Below are positions 1 to 10,771 of a stretch of 64,000 bases of DNA, in pieces. A model generated the notes under the pieces. The model ran no database searches. It was not told the DNA's origin and worked only from the letters and a program-made list of their open reading frames with translations. Origin of the DNA: an uncultured delta proteobacterium (GTDB lineage: Bacteria; Desulfobacterota; Binatia; UBA9968); the NCBI GenBank assembly GCA_963755715.1, contig CAVWLW010000052.1:90545-154544 (forward strand), written 5' to 3'. The position numbers and the translations under genes were made by a program. Within the stretch, counting starts at the first letter, position 1; each line of letters begins with the position of its first letter.

Positions 1-11
1 TACCTCACGTC

Positions 12-93
12 TCATTTCAAACGGAGTGAGAAATCTTTCTTGTCTGACGGGCGGCGGAATCGGAAAGATCTCTCGCTGCGCGCTCGAGATGAC
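12..93. repeat. Intergenic imperfect inverted repeat, TCATTTC..GAGAAATCTTTC / GAAAGATCTCTC..CGAGATGAC family
   Basis: Arms TCATTTCAAACGGAGTGAGAAATCTTTC and GAAAGATCTCTCGCTGCGCGCTCGAGATGAC; the same arms recur at 6213-6288. Confidence 0.65.
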
Positions 94-253
94 AACACTA
101 GACTGAGTGTCACGGCGGAGTAACGACATAATCTCGACGCGGGACGGAGAGTTGGGGCGACGCACAGCAGCTACTCTATTAGCTCGTGTTGACCTCTCGT
201 CACATCCGATGTTATTCGCCTAAGGAGCATTCGAGCAAAGAAAGGACAAGTTC

Positions 254-1031
254 ATGATCAAGGAAGGCAAGTTTACACTCTTGGAGAAACGCGGCGCGGT
301 GGCGAAAATTACCATCAACCGGCCGGAAAAAAGAAACGCGTTGAGCCGGGATGCGATTCGCGAAATTCTTTCGCTTTTCGAAGAACTGCGGAACGACGAT
401 TCGATAGCGGTAGTTTTGACCACCGGTGCCGGCGACGTGGCCTATTGCGCCGGCCGCGATCTCTCTGAATTTCCCACGGAGGGCGGCAAGAACCGCGGCA
501 CAGACCGCCGCGCCGAGCCGCGCGCTTATCATGTTGCCGAGGTCATTCGGACTTTTCCTAAAGTCACGATCGCCGTAGTGAATGGTTTCTGTCTTGGGCG
601 GCGGCATTACGCTGTTGCTGCCGCATGACCTGGCGATTGCATCGGATAAAGCGCAATTCGGTTTGCCTGAAATCAAGCGGGGCTTCTTGCCTTATCCGAT
701 CATCGCGACCATGTTCAAAACTCTCATTCCGACGAAACTCGCATTCGAGTTGATTCTCACCGGCGAAAATTGGGACGCGCAGAAATCCATGGCCGCTGGT
801 TTGATCAATCGCGTGGTGCCGCACGCCGAGCTGCAGGACGCAGCGTGGAAATGGGGCGAGGAGATCGGCAAGTTCGACAAAGTGACTTTGAAATTTTGCA
901 AAATGGCGGCGCATTCGTCGATGGAAGCGGCGAGCGTGCCGATGGCGGCGGAGATCGCTTGGTTGATGCAGGAGGAGCATACGTTGGTGAACCCGCGCGC
1001 GTACGCCGGGACGAAGGAGTTTCATAAGTAG
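254..1031 (+). CDS. Enoyl-CoA hydratase/isomerase (crotonase) family, frameshift near 597
   Basis: ITINRPEKRNAL, YCAGRDL and VNGFCLG in ORF 254-628 continue as GGITLL..FGLPEIKRG in ORF 582-1031. Confidence 0.85.
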
Positions 1032-1077
1032 GTGACAAACAGAGCGAAGCAAAATCGTCGGGCGCGAGGTCCTGCGT

Positions 1078-2085
1078 ATGAAAATATTTCGAATGTTCGG
1101 GAAATCGGTTTTGACAGTGTCGTGCCTGACTCTGGCGGCGGGCGTGTTGGCGACGTCGGCGTCGGCGAAAACGACCCTGCGCGTCGCTTACAGCTCGATT
1201 TCCGGCTCGGCTGTTGTGCCCTGGATTGCTGTCGATAAGGGGTTTTTTGCCAAATACGATCTCGATGTCGAGCTAATTTACGTCGCCGGCTCGCAAGCGA
1301 TGCAGTCGTTACTTAGCGGTACCACGCCGATCGGTCTTCAGGGCATCGAGCCGGTGTTTCGCGTCAACGCCCACGGCAGCGACACGGTCATGATCCTGGG
1401 TCTGGTGACCAAGCCGCCTTTCTCGATTATCGTGCGTCCGGAGATCAAGGACTATCGTGAGCTCAAAGGTAAAGCGATGGGTATCACCCGCTACGGCTCG
1501 TCGACCGACATGCTTTTAAGACTCACTCTGGAAAAATGGGGTTTCAAGCCGGAAAGCGACGTGCCCATCTTGCAAATGGGCGGCGTGCCGCCGATCTTGG
1601 CCGGCATGCAGTCGAAGCGGATCTTCGGCGGTCCGCTTTCGCTGCCGACCTTGGCACGCGCCAAACAAGAAGGATACCGGGAGCTGGCGGACGTCGCCGA
1701 CTTGGTTCCCGACTACCAAGTTGCCGGAATCGTGACGCGGCGCTCATTCATTAAACAGAATGGCGACGCGGTGCGCGGCTTCCTCAAAGCAATAATAGAA
1801 GCGACGGCAACCTTTAAAAACGATCCGGCAACTGCGCGGAAGGTCATGAGAGAGCGGCTCAAGATCGACGATCCTTCGGTGATCGAAGAGACCCAAAAAA
1901 ATTACCCGCGCTATATGCCGATGGTTCCGTATCCGAGCCGCGCCGGGATCGCCGTCATCAAATCTTTCCTGGATAAAACCGATGCCGCGGTGCGGCCGCT
2001 GTCCATCGACGATCAAATCGACAATCAGATCGTCCGTGAGCTCGAACAGAGCGGGTTTATCAATGGCGCATATCGTTCCAAATGA
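1078..2085 (+). CDS. ABC substrate-binding protein, NMT1/THI5/TauA-like
   Basis: Signal peptide, FFAKYDLDVEL, LKGKAMGITRYGSSTD, C-terminal VRELEQSGFI. Confidence 0.85.
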   Translation: MKIFRMFGKSVLTVSCLTLAAGVLATSASAKTTLRVAYSSISGSAVVPWIAVDKGFFAKYDLDVELIYVAGSQAMQSLLSGTTPIGLQGIEPVFRVNAHGSDTVMILGLVTKPPFSIIVRPEIKDYRELKGKAMGITRYGSSTDMLLRLTLEKWGFKPESDVPILQMGGVPPILAGMQSKRIFGGPLSLPTLARAKQEGYRELADVADLVPDYQVAGIVTRRSFIKQNGDAVRGFLKAIIEATATFKNDPATARKVMRERLKIDDPSVIEETQKNYPRYMPMVPYPSRAGIAVIKSFLDKTDAAVRPLSIDDQIDNQIVRELEQSGFINGAYRSK

Positions 2086-3068
2086 GGGGAAGGCGAAGAT
2101 TCATGCGTTTATATTTTCTCGGTGCGCTGATTTTTCTGTTGTCACTGACGGCGATCGGCGGCGCTCAAGAACGCCGCAAGATTCGCATCTCGAATGCGAC
2201 CTTGAGTTATTCGGCGTTACCTCTGGTGGCGGCGCGCGAGTGGAAACTATTTCAAGAGCAAGGCTTGGATGTGGAGATCATTCTTATGCGCTCGGCTGCC
2301 GCCGCGGCGGCGCTGGTTTCCGGCGATCTCGACTATCAATCCGGCATCGGACCGGCGAGCATCAGCGCGACGTTGAGCGGCGTGGAGTCGCGCGCACTCT
2401 GGTCATCCACCAGTCACATCACTTATTGGTTGATGGCGAAACCGCAGTACAAATCGGTTCAGGAATTGAAGCAGAAGAAAATTGGCGTCTCCGGTCTGGG
2501 CGGGACGAGTCATGTGGCGATGGTGGTGGCTCTGGAAAAAAGCGGTCTGTCCGCGAAGGACTATGTGGCGGTTTCGGTGCCCGGCGGGAATCTCGTGCAA
2601 TCGCTCGACTCCGGGTTCGTCGACGCGGCAACGCTCAATCCGCCCACCATGTTCTTTGCCCAGCGGCGCGGCTTCGTTCGCTTGCTCGACATCGGCTCGA
2701 TGGTCGAGATGGCGTCGGGCGGTCTGACGGCGATGAATCGCACGATCAAAACTCGGCCCGATGAAGTCAAGCGTATTATCCGGGCTCTGCAACTTGGCAA
2801 GCGCGCCATGCTCAAGTCGCGAGAAAGGACTCTCGATCTGATCACCAGCGTGCTCAAGATGGACAAGCAGACCGCGGCGGACACTTACAGCATCGTGCAA
2901 ACTACTTTTAATGACACCGGCATTCCCACGCGGGAGGGCATCGGCAATATTATCCGAGCGATCAAAGCCGACGGTCGTTTCACTGATCGCAATATCGCTT
3001 TCGAAGAAGTCGCAGAACCGCGGTTCGCTATCGAAGTCGCCAAGGAACTGGGTTACAAGGTGCCGTAA
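2082..3068 (+). CDS. ABC substrate-binding protein, NMT1/TauA-like
   Basis: Signal peptide, FQEQGLDVEII, ALVSGDLDY, KKIGVSGLGG; ATGA overlap with the upstream gene. Confidence 0.85.
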   Translation: MRGRRRFMRLYFLGALIFLLSLTAIGGAQERRKIRISNATLSYSALPLVAAREWKLFQEQGLDVEIILMRSAAAAAALVSGDLDYQSGIGPASISATLSGVESRALWSSTSHITYWLMAKPQYKSVQELKQKKIGVSGLGGTSHVAMVVALEKSGLSAKDYVAVSVPGGNLVQSLDSGFVDAATLNPPTMFFAQRRGFVRLLDIGSMVEMASGGLTAMNRTIKTRPDEVKRIIRALQLGKRAMLKSRERTLDLITSVLKMDKQTAADTYSIVQTTFNDTGIPTREGIGNIIRAIKADGRFTDRNIAFEEVAEPRFAIEVAKELGYKVP

Positions 3069-3074
3069 CGAGAA

Positions 3075-3157
3075 TGGGGTGATGGAGTAATGGAGTAACG
3101 GAGTGATGGGTATTCGGATCGAGCAACACTCCAATACTCCATCACTCCATTACTCCA
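3075..3157. repeat. 8-bp-unit (TGGAGTAA / TTACTCCA) inverted-repeat hairpin
   Basis: Four or five TGGAGTRA-like units face four TYACTCCA-like units between convergent genes. Confidence 0.8.
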
Positions 3158-3178
3158 ATTGGGAGTTGGGTGGATGGG

Positions 3179-4127
3179 CTAATTCCCCACCGGCGCAAAC
3201 AGTTCGCTGAGCGGTGCGCGATAAGGAATGTAACCCTGCTCGTGCGCATACTCGACGAATTTTTCCAGCACCACTTGATTCTCCGGCGTCAGACCGTGGC
3301 CCCACGGATTCTTGCCGAAAGACTTCTTCCTCTTCTTCTAAAATCAGCACGGCGCTGGGAAATGCGGAACGCTTGGCGTAGTCGTAGGATTTTCGACAGA
3401 GTTCCTCAGCCTGATTGAACGCTTCTAACAGACTCGAAACCAGCCAGGGATTTTCATCGAAAAGCGATTGGCGCACGACCAAAGTGTGGGTGATCGGAAA
3501 GATTTTGGTCTTGCGAAAGTAGTCGTTGACCGTGCTGCGCGGGTCCTTGAACAGGCGCTCAATGCGCGGATCTTTGGCCCGGAACGACGGCACGATATTG
3601 GGCGGAATCAACGCGTCGATCTCGCCGCGGAGCAACAGCGCTTCGGTAGGCTCGTCGACAACGGTAATTTTGATGCCTTTGGGCGGCTGGTAGCCGGCGC
3701 GCTCAGGATCCGAGGTGTACCATTCGCATTCCTCGGGCCGCACGCCGTAATGCTCCTGGAGAATGCCCCTGGCCCAGAGGCCGACAGTCAGGCGGTACTC
3801 ATCCATGCCGATTTTCTTCCCTTTGAGATCTTCGGGCTTTTCAATTCCCGATGCGGGCGAACAGAAAATGTACGGATGAATTTGCATGCGCAACGGAAAA
3901 ATAGGCAAGGCGATGACCGGTTCTTTGCGGCAGCGCGCCATCATATACCAGGAGAGCGACATCTCGGCGATGTCGAATTCCTCATACACCGGCCGCATGC
4001 AGGCTTCGCCGGTCTCCGCGCGACGCGGTTGCAGCTTGATTCTTGCCGCAGTCACTTCGCCGTTCAGCAGCGGTCGCGTGCGGTGATAGTCGGCGAGCAT
4101 GAGGGTCAGTTCGAGATCGGGTGCCAT
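3179..4127 (-). CDS. 4,5-dihydroxyphthalate decarboxylase-like protein (PBP2 fold, no signal peptide), frameshift near 3320
   Basis: DYHRTRPLLNGEV, EFDIAEMSLS, ALPIFPLR, WARGILQEHYGV, IFPITH; the shifted frame gives NPWGHGL..YAHEQG..LFAPVGN*. Confidence 0.75.
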
Positions 4128-4147
4128 GATGTCTCCTTCGTAACGTT

Positions 4148-5125
4148 TCAGCGATTCTGACCGAGAGCCTTTGACAACAAAGATCGCGCGAAGAATTTCT
4201 CAGCGCCGCCGAGTTTTTTCGCCTCCGCTTCGATGTGCGCGGCGACGAAAAGGGCTTCAATATCTTCCTTGGTGATGCCGATCGAATAAACCGTCGAAAA
4301 TTGATTGACTACTTTGCGTATAGTCGCGGGGTCGCCGAACTTGTTGCTTTTAATGATGTTGGCGGCGACCTTTTCTCTATCGGTTCGAAGAAAATCGAGC
4401 CCCCGCTTCATGCCTCTCAGCAGCGCGGTTACGCCGTCGGGGTCGGTTTCCGCTTTGCGCTTGCTCGACAATATCACAACGAAAGGAAACCCGGAAACCA
4501 CGTTGCCGATATCGAAGAGCACAGGGAAGCCTTTTTGTTCTAGCTCGATGCGTTCCATGAACGAAAATGGCGATGCATGGATCCTGCCGCCTTCTAGAGC
4601 TTGGGCACGCGCCGGGCTGTTGCCGACGCCGTACAGTATCTTGTAATCGCGATCGCGCACGAGTCCCTTTTTTGCGAGTCCTTCGACTGCGGCGTATTCG
4701 GCGATGCCGCCGGCGCCGGTGACGCCGACGATCTTGCCCTTTAAGTCGCTCACCTGCGTGATGCCCTTGGCGCCCATCAGCGTATAATCCATGTAGGGCT
4801 GCATGCCGCTGACGATCGTCAGCGGCGCGCCCTGTGCGATCGCTCGCACGGCCGGCACGCCGGCGACGATCGTATAGTCGACGTCCCCGCCGACGAGGGC
4901 GGCGATGGCCGTCGGCCCGCCGCGAATAAAGATGGTTTTGACTTCGAGGCCCTCGGCCGCGAAGAAGCCGAAATCGACGCCGACGATCAACGGCAGCGTG
5001 CTGTTCAGAGTCGGCGTCTGATAGGCGAAGGTGACGGGCTTGGCCGATGCGAATGGTGCACCGATCAAGCTAATAAGGGACGCTACAAGTAATAGGATGC
5101 GCGAATTGTGTGTCAGAGATTTCAT
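4148..5125 (-). CDS. ABC substrate-binding protein, NMT1/TauA-like
   Basis: Signal peptide, FFAAEGLEV, ALVGGDVDY, DLKGKIVGVTG. Confidence 0.85.
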   Translation of the reverse strand: MKSLTHNSRILLLVASLISLIGAPFASAKPVTFAYQTPTLNSTLPLIVGVDFGFFAAEGLEVKTIFIRGGPTAIAALVGGDVDYTIVAGVPAVRAIAQGAPLTIVSGMQPYMDYTLMGAKGITQVSDLKGKIVGVTGAGGIAEYAAVEGLAKKGLVRDRDYKILYGVGNSPARAQALEGGRIHASPFSFMERIELEQKGFPVLFDIGNVVSGFPFVVILSSKRKAETDPDGVTALLRGMKRGLDFLRTDREKVAANIIKSNKFGDPATIRKVVNQFSTVYSIGITKEDIEALFVAAHIEAEAKKLGGAEKFFARSLLSKALGQNR

Positions 5126-5139
5126 TCAGCTCATTTCTT

Positions 5140-6154
5140 CTATAGATCGAGTGTGCTTTTTGCGAACAGCTCCTCGATTTTCGGTTTCTTGGTGATCAGG
5201 CCTTGCTCGTGGGAAAAATCGATCAAGGTTTCGAGCATCTTGCGATTACCTTTAACGCCGTACGGATAGGGATCGTTGCCGAACATTTCTTGGGTCATCG
5301 TGAGATATTCTTTGCCGAAAAACAGTCCTGAAGGAATGCTGTCCGCCAGCTTGGCGTTGAAATACGCTTTGGCTTTGACAAAGCCGGTGTAAAGGTTGAA
5401 CGCGACCCAAGGATATTTTTTGTAAATATCGCCGCGAACTGTGTAGGTGTGATTGACCGGCAGAAAACCCCACTTCTGGAAAAAACGCTTTCCCTCAGCC
5501 ATACGGTCGGTGAAGAGCAACTTCACTTTGCTCCAATCGCCGTCCGACCCGGGAATGCGATGCGACCGGCCGATCACGTTGGGCATGTTTTTCCATGGGC
5601 TGTTGATGGCCGCCACATCCAATTCACCGTTCACCAGCATCGATGCCAAGCTTTTGTCCGTTGGTATACGCTGGAACGATATTCCCGCCGGCGGCGTGAA
5701 GCCGGTCTGGCCGCCATGGCTGAGCTCTTCGGTGCGCTCCATGTACCAATGCACTTTATATTGTGAAACGCCGAAGTCGTGTTCGAGAAAGCCGCGTTGC
5801 CAGAGCGCCGCGGTTTGCTGATACTCGCCGACGCCGATACGTTTGCCGAGGAGGTCTTCCGGTTTCTTAATGCCGGCAGTCGGTGTTGTAGGAAAGCTCG
5901 GTGTGGAAAAGCCGCCGGCTGGGAAACACCGGCAGCGCGATGATGTCGAAGCCGCGCTCGCGCGCGATCAAATACGAGGACATCGACATCTCGCCGACTT
6001 CGAACTCTTGGAATTTGAGCTGGCGCCAGAACGTTTCCGACGGATGGGAGTAAGTGGGGACGATTTCGATGCCCTCCGCTTCGACGGCACCTTTCATCAG
6101 CGGGTCGACTCTTTCGTTGAACGCGGAGATGAAGCTGAGTCTAAGTTTTGGCAT
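5140..6154 (-). CDS. 4,5-dihydroxyphthalate decarboxylase-like paralog 2, frameshift near 5880
   Basis: MPKLRLSF..HPSETFWRQLKF..ALPVFPSR, then EYQQTAALW, FLPVNH, DPYPYGVKGNRKML, FSHEQGL. Confidence 0.75.
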
Positions 6155-6212
6155 AGATTGTTTTCCTTCCGTCAACGATCAACGCATTCAAACCTGCGCC
6201 GGTTCATTTAGG

Positions 6213-6288
6213 GAAAGATCTCTCACTCCGTTCGAGATGACAGATTGCGTATTTTATCTGTCATTTCGAGCAAAGCGAGAAATCTTTC
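6213..6288. repeat. Inverted repeat of the same family as 12-93, with arm order swapped
   Basis: GAAAGATCTCTCACTCCGTTCGAGATGACAGAT ... ATCTGTCATTTCGAGCAAAGCGAGAAATCTTTC. Confidence 0.75.
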
Positions 6289-6312
6289 TCCCTTTCTAGC
6301 GTGGCTTCAAGA

Positions 6313-7323
6313 CTACGTCTCCAGGGTTTCGGCGGCGAACAACTCTTCGATCTTCATTTTGCGCGGGGTCAAACCTTGCTCGTGAGAGTAATTGATGATC
6401 GTGTCGAGCATCGCTTGGTTGGCTTTCAGTCCGTAAGGAAACGGATCGTCGCCTAGGATCGATCGGGTCATCGCGAGATACTCCGGAGCGAATTGGAGAG
6501 CCTCCGGGATACGCTCCAAAAGAGTTTTCGCCATTTGTTCTTTGGCCGCGCTGAACGCCTCGAACAATTTCACGGCGATCCCCGCTTGCTCGCGGTAGAC
6601 GTCGCCGCGGATGATGTAGGTGTGGTTGACGGGGACAAAGCCGTGGGCGGCGACGAAGCGCTTGGCTTCGCCGATCTCATCGGGAAACAACGGTTGGACT
6701 TTGGACCAATCACCTGAGCCGCGAATGTGCGTCGAGCGGTCAATGACGTTGACGGCTCGCGAGAGATGGCTGGCGATCGGCGCGACGTCGATTTCATGAT
6801 TGACGAGCATGGTTGCCATACTCTTGTCCGGTGGTATGCGGTGAAATGAAATGCCGGGCGGTGGCGTGAAACCGGTGGCGCCGCCGTGGCTCAATTCGTC
6901 GGTGCGTTCCATATACCAATGGACTTTGTATTGCGATACGCCGAAGTCGTGCTCCAAAACGCCGCGCGCCCAGAGCGCCGCGGTTTGCTGATATTCGCCG
7001 ACGCCGATGCGCTTGCCGTTCAGATCGCCGGGTTCCTTGATACCGGAGTCGACGTGATAGGACTGCTCGGCGTGGAAGAAACGCCGGCTCGGAAAAACCG
7101 GCAAAGCGATCATGTCGGCGCCGCGCGAACGCGCGATCAAGAAGGACGACATGGACATTTCCGCGACTTGAAATTCCTGAAACTTGAGCTGGCGCCAAAA
7201 GGTTTCCGACGGGTGCGAATAGGTCGGGATGATTTCAATCCCGTCGGCTTTGACCGTTCCGTTCATGAGCGGCTCGACGCGCTCATTGAAATTGGAGACG
7301 AAGCTCAAAGTTAAATCGGCCAT
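6313..7323 (-). CDS. 4,5-dihydroxyphthalate decarboxylase-like paralog 3 (intact)
   Basis: MADLTLSF, HPSETFWRQLKF, GVGEYQQTAALWARG, DPFPYGLKANQAML, YSHEQGL. Confidence 0.8.
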   Translation of the reverse strand: MADLTLSFVSNFNERVEPLMNGTVKADGIEIIPTYSHPSETFWRQLKFQEFQVAEMSMSSFLIARSRGADMIALPVFPSRRFFHAEQSYHVDSGIKEPGDLNGKRIGVGEYQQTAALWARGVLEHDFGVSQYKVHWYMERTDELSHGGATGFTPPPGISFHRIPPDKSMATMLVNHEIDVAPIASHLSRAVNVIDRSTHIRGSGDWSKVQPLFPDEIGEAKRFVAAHGFVPVNHTYIIRGDVYREQAGIAVKLFEAFSAAKEQMAKTLLERIPEALQFAPEYLAMTRSILGDDPFPYGLKANQAMLDTIINYSHEQGLTPRKMKIEELFAAETLET

Positions 7324-7357
7324 CCTGGTTTCCTGTATGTCGCGCGGACTGATTGGG

Positions 7358-8371
7358 TTACAAGCCGAGAGTTTGCTCGGCAAAAAGTTCCTCGGCTTTC
7401 ATCTGGCGCGGCGTTAATCCTTGCTCATGCGAATAACCGGTGATCGTATCAAGCATCGCCTGATTGGCCTTCACGCCATAGGGAAACGGATCGTCTCCGA
7501 TCATTTCGCGCGTCATCGATAAATAATCGGCTCCGAAGAAAAGCGCGCTAGGAATCTGCTCCAGCAGTTTCTCTTTCGCGACGGCTTTGGCTTTGACGAA
7601 CCCGGCGTAAAGGTTAAACGCCACCCAGGGATATTTTTTGTAGATATCGCCGCGAATAATGTAAGCGTGATTGACCGGAAGAAAGCCGTGCTTGCTTGTA
7701 GAAACGCGTTCCTTCGGCGATGCGGTCGGGAAAGAGCGGCCTTATTTTGCTCCAATCGTCTTTTCCCGACGATACGGCTTGAACGATCGAGCGTGTTCGC
7801 CTGAAGAACAAATGGGCTGGCGACATGGGCGACGTCCAGTTCGTTGTCGATCAGAGTCGAAACCAGGCTCTTGTTCGGCGCGATGCGGTTGAACGAGATG
7901 CCTGCCGGCGGCTTAAACCCGGTCGCGCTGCCGTGGCTCATCTCTTCGCTGCGTTCCATGTACCAATGAATCTTATATTGCGACACACCGAAGTCATGTT
8001 CCAAGATGCCGCGGATCCATAGCGCCGCGGTTTGCTGATACTCGGCAACGCCGAGTTTTTTGCCGGCAAGGTCTTCCGGCTTCGTGATGCCGGAGTCTGA
8101 TGTTGTAGGACAGTTCGGTTTGAAATAGTCGGCGGCTCGGGAAGACCGGCAGCGCGACCATGTCCGCGCCCTGGGATTTGGCGATCAGAAAAGACGACAT
8201 CGACATCTCGGCAACTTCGAATTCGCCGAACTTGAGCTGGCGCCAGAAAGTTTCGGCCGGATGGGAGTACGTCGGAATTAATTCTATTCCTTCCGCCTTG
8301 ATCGTTCCGTTCATCAGCGGCTCGACCCGCTCGTTGAAAGCTGAGATGAATCCTAAAGTGAGTTTCGGCAT
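7358..8371 (-). CDS. 4,5-dihydroxyphthalate decarboxylase-like paralog 4, frameshifts near 8100, 7760 and 7690
   Basis: Fragments 7994-8371, 7513-8004, 7614-7826 and 7358-7624 are colinear with paralog 3. Confidence 0.75.
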
Positions 8372-8389
8372 CGCGCTTTCCGGTAATTA

Positions 8390-9076
8390 CTAGAATCCGT
8401 CGATCGACCAAATGTCATACAATAATTCCATGCGTCGAAAAGTCGCTTTGTACGTCTGCTCCTGCAGGGACGGCGAGTGGAGATAGCGGACCGCGATTTC
8501 TTCGGCAAGGCTGCTGTGATCTTCATCCGCTTCCGAGTGGACGGTGAAAAAACGAACGTCATTGGGGTTCATCTTGTAGTTCTTTATCAAGCCGTTGCCG
8601 ATCGCCGCAGCCGCCGGACCGAAGGTTCCTTCAGCGCCGATTTGAATCGACATGACGACGAACCACGGCAGCGTGTGGATGATCAACTCGACGTAATAGA
8701 GATGCGCCGCAGTGGACGGGCGCAGCTCGGCGTTTTCCAATTGCTTCTGGGTTAGGCCGATGGAGTTTGCGAATCGGATCGCTAACTCGTTGTGCCCGGC
8801 GGTGCCAGTGTCCAACCCCCGGGTTTCTTCCTCGACGACACCCCAAAGTTTTTTCGCGATCTCCGGGTCGGTGCACGCCAAATAACGCAGCATACAGATG
8901 CGCGGCACCGCGGCGCGAAACTGGTAGTCTTGAATCGCCCAGGCGCGAATCTGATCCATGCTCGCCGTGCCGTTGCACACCGCCTTCAAAAACGGATGCT
9001 TGATGCGGATTTTGGGAAACGCCTGGATGTCTTTCTTCAATTGCTCGACGAATTCTGTAGATGCTGGCCATAGCAT
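8390..9076 (-). CDS. CADD/PqqC/TenA-like heme-oxygenase-like diiron (HDO) protein
   Basis: HPFL near the N-terminus, EEETRG..GHNEL, GAEG and FFTVHSEADEDH (CADD-type E/H/E/HxxxDxxH ligand pattern). Confidence 0.75.
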   Translation of the reverse strand: MLWPASTEFVEQLKKDIQAFPKIRIKHPFLKAVCNGTASMDQIRAWAIQDYQFRAAVPRICMLRYLACTDPEIAKKLWGVVEEETRGLDTGTAGHNELAIRFANSIGLTQKQLENAELRPSTAAHLYYVELIIHTLPWFVVMSIQIGAEGTFGPAAAAIGNGLIKNYKMNPNDVRFFTVHSEADEDHSSLAEEIAVRYLHSPSLQEQTYKATFRRMELLYDIWSIDGF

Positions 9077-9102
9077 TGTTCCTCCTCAACAAATAGATCG
9101 CA

Positions 9103-9170
9103 TGGGGTGATTGGAGTGATGGAGCGTTGTTCACCCCATTAATTAATCACTCCAGTACTCCATTACTCCA
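9103..9170. repeat. 8-bp-unit inverted-repeat hairpin, copy 2
   Basis: TGGGGTGATTGGAGTGATGGAG ... TCACTCCAGTACTCCATTACTCCA; overlaps the stop codon of gene 9163-9891. Confidence 0.75.
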
Positions 9171-9891
9171 ATTTGGTTTTGTCTCCATTCAACCGGCTGA
9201 CGTAATACTCCCAGCCGCGCATCGGAAAGCGCTGGTCTTCGTTATAAACTTTCAGTTCTTCGGCGGTCAGATATTTGGGTTCACCGTGCAGCAGCGCTAG
9301 ATGATTCCACTCGCCCAGCATCGCGAGCCGGGTTGTGCGCTCGATTACCTGTTCGACACTCTCGCCGACCACGGCGTCGCCGTGGGCGCGCAGTAGCACG
9401 ACCGGTCCCTTGCCGAGCGCGGCGGCGAGCTCATTGCCACGATCCACCGTGCGCACTAGGCCCACGCCTTCATACACCGGCGGTCCGTCGGCGGAAAGAA
9501 ATTTGCCGTAGTGGTGCATGGGCTTGAGCTTGATCGGCAGTACACTGAAAATGGTACTCCATTTGGAATGCGTGTGCGCGACGCTGACGATTTCCGGACG
9601 CGCTTTCAAAATGCAGGAATGGATCGGCCACTCGTTGGGCGGCGTCTTGGCGCCGTCGAGGTAATTGCCGTCGAGATCTTGCATGATCAGCCGATCGCGA
9701 GTGACGCAGCCGGGGCTGACGTTGGCGATCGTGATGAACGCATCCGCGCCGGGCACGCGCACGCTGATATGACCGTAGCCGTCAGTGACTCCTTCATGAT
9801 CGAGGATGTGGCAGGCGGTCATCAACTTATCCGTCAGTTCTTTCAATTCCGCTGAGTTGATTTTAGGCACATCTTTTCCGCTGGCAGGCAT
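9163..9891 (-). CDS. Class II aldolase/adducin family protein
   Basis: GYGHISVRVPG, EWPIHS, VAHTHS and LLRAHG zinc-binding motifs. Confidence 0.85.
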   Translation of the reverse strand: MPASGKDVPKINSAELKELTDKLMTACHILDHEGVTDGYGHISVRVPGADAFITIANVSPGCVTRDRLIMQDLDGNYLDGAKTPPNEWPIHSCILKARPEIVSVAHTHSKWSTIFSVLPIKLKPMHHYGKFLSADGPPVYEGVGLVRTVDRGNELAAALGKGPVVLLRAHGDAVVGESVEQVIERTTRLAMLGEWNHLALLHGEPKYLTAEELKVYNEDQRFPMRGWEYYVSRLNGDKTKLE

Positions 9892-9954
9892 GAAGGCTCC
9901 TTAAATAAATCGAATGATCTTTTTTCGCGAATCTATTCGTCAGTCCGCGAGCTG

Positions 9955-10673
9955 TCAAGAAGAGTAGCGATCGCGAATCCGGCTCAAGTAATATTCCCAC
10001 GGGCGCGCGGGAAATGCCGGATCACCGGAAAAAGTCGCCAACTCCTCCGCGCTCATATAAAGCGGTTCGCCATGCGCGACGGCCATGTGTGCGAGCTCGC
10101 CGATAAAGGCAACCTGGATAGTGCGCTGGATCGCTTCTTCGAGACTTGCGCCAACGACCGCATCGCCATGCGCGCGTAGCAAAACTGCCTCGTTGTCTTT
10201 TAACGGTCGCGGCCAGCGCTTCGCCCCGTTCGATCGTGCCGATCAAGCCGGCCGCCGGGTAGATCGGCGGACCCGCGACGGGAAGAAACTTCGCGTACAT
10301 GTGTATTGGCCGGAGGCCGCCTTTTAATACGCTGAAGAGCGCGCTCCACTTCGAATGCGTGTGGCAAACGCTCCTCACGTCGGGACGCGCGCGCATGAAT
10401 GCGGGCGTGAATCGGCCACTCATAGGGCGAGGCTTTGTCACCGCCGAGATAGTGGCCGTCCAGATCGAGCATGATCAGTCGATTCACCGTGGCGCAACCC
10501 GGGCTCACGCCCGCGATAGTCAGAAACGCATCGGTTCCAGGAATCCGCATGCTCACATGGCCGAAGCTATCGGTGATGCCTTCGCGGTCGAGAATATGAC
10601 AGCCGTCGACGAGTTTTTGCTTGAGCTCTTTGAGTTCGCTAGAATCAAAACCGGGAATATTGGTATTAGCCAT
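9955..10673 (-). CDS. Class II aldolase/adducin family paralog, frameshifts near 10395 and 10200
   Basis: FGHVSMRIPG, EWPIHA, VCHTHS and LRAHGD split over three frames, colinear with 9163-9891. Confidence 0.8.
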
Positions 10674-10771
10674 GAAGACTCCTCAAATCAAGTTTCGCAG
10701 AGTCGGTTCTATGGGGCGACTATCGCGCTGTCAAGGCGCGTCAGCTTGACAATCGGCGCGCTGGAAGGTTA

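Noticed and set aside
3075-3157. Short repeated units as a possible CRISPR array
   Set aside because: Units are 8 bp, tandem and inverted, with no unique spacers and no cas genes in the window.
5867-8371. Programmed frameshifting in the decarboxylase-like paralogs (two break at a similar position)
   Set aside because: No slippery heptamer is present, paralog 3 is intact there, and indels are scattered across the whole window.
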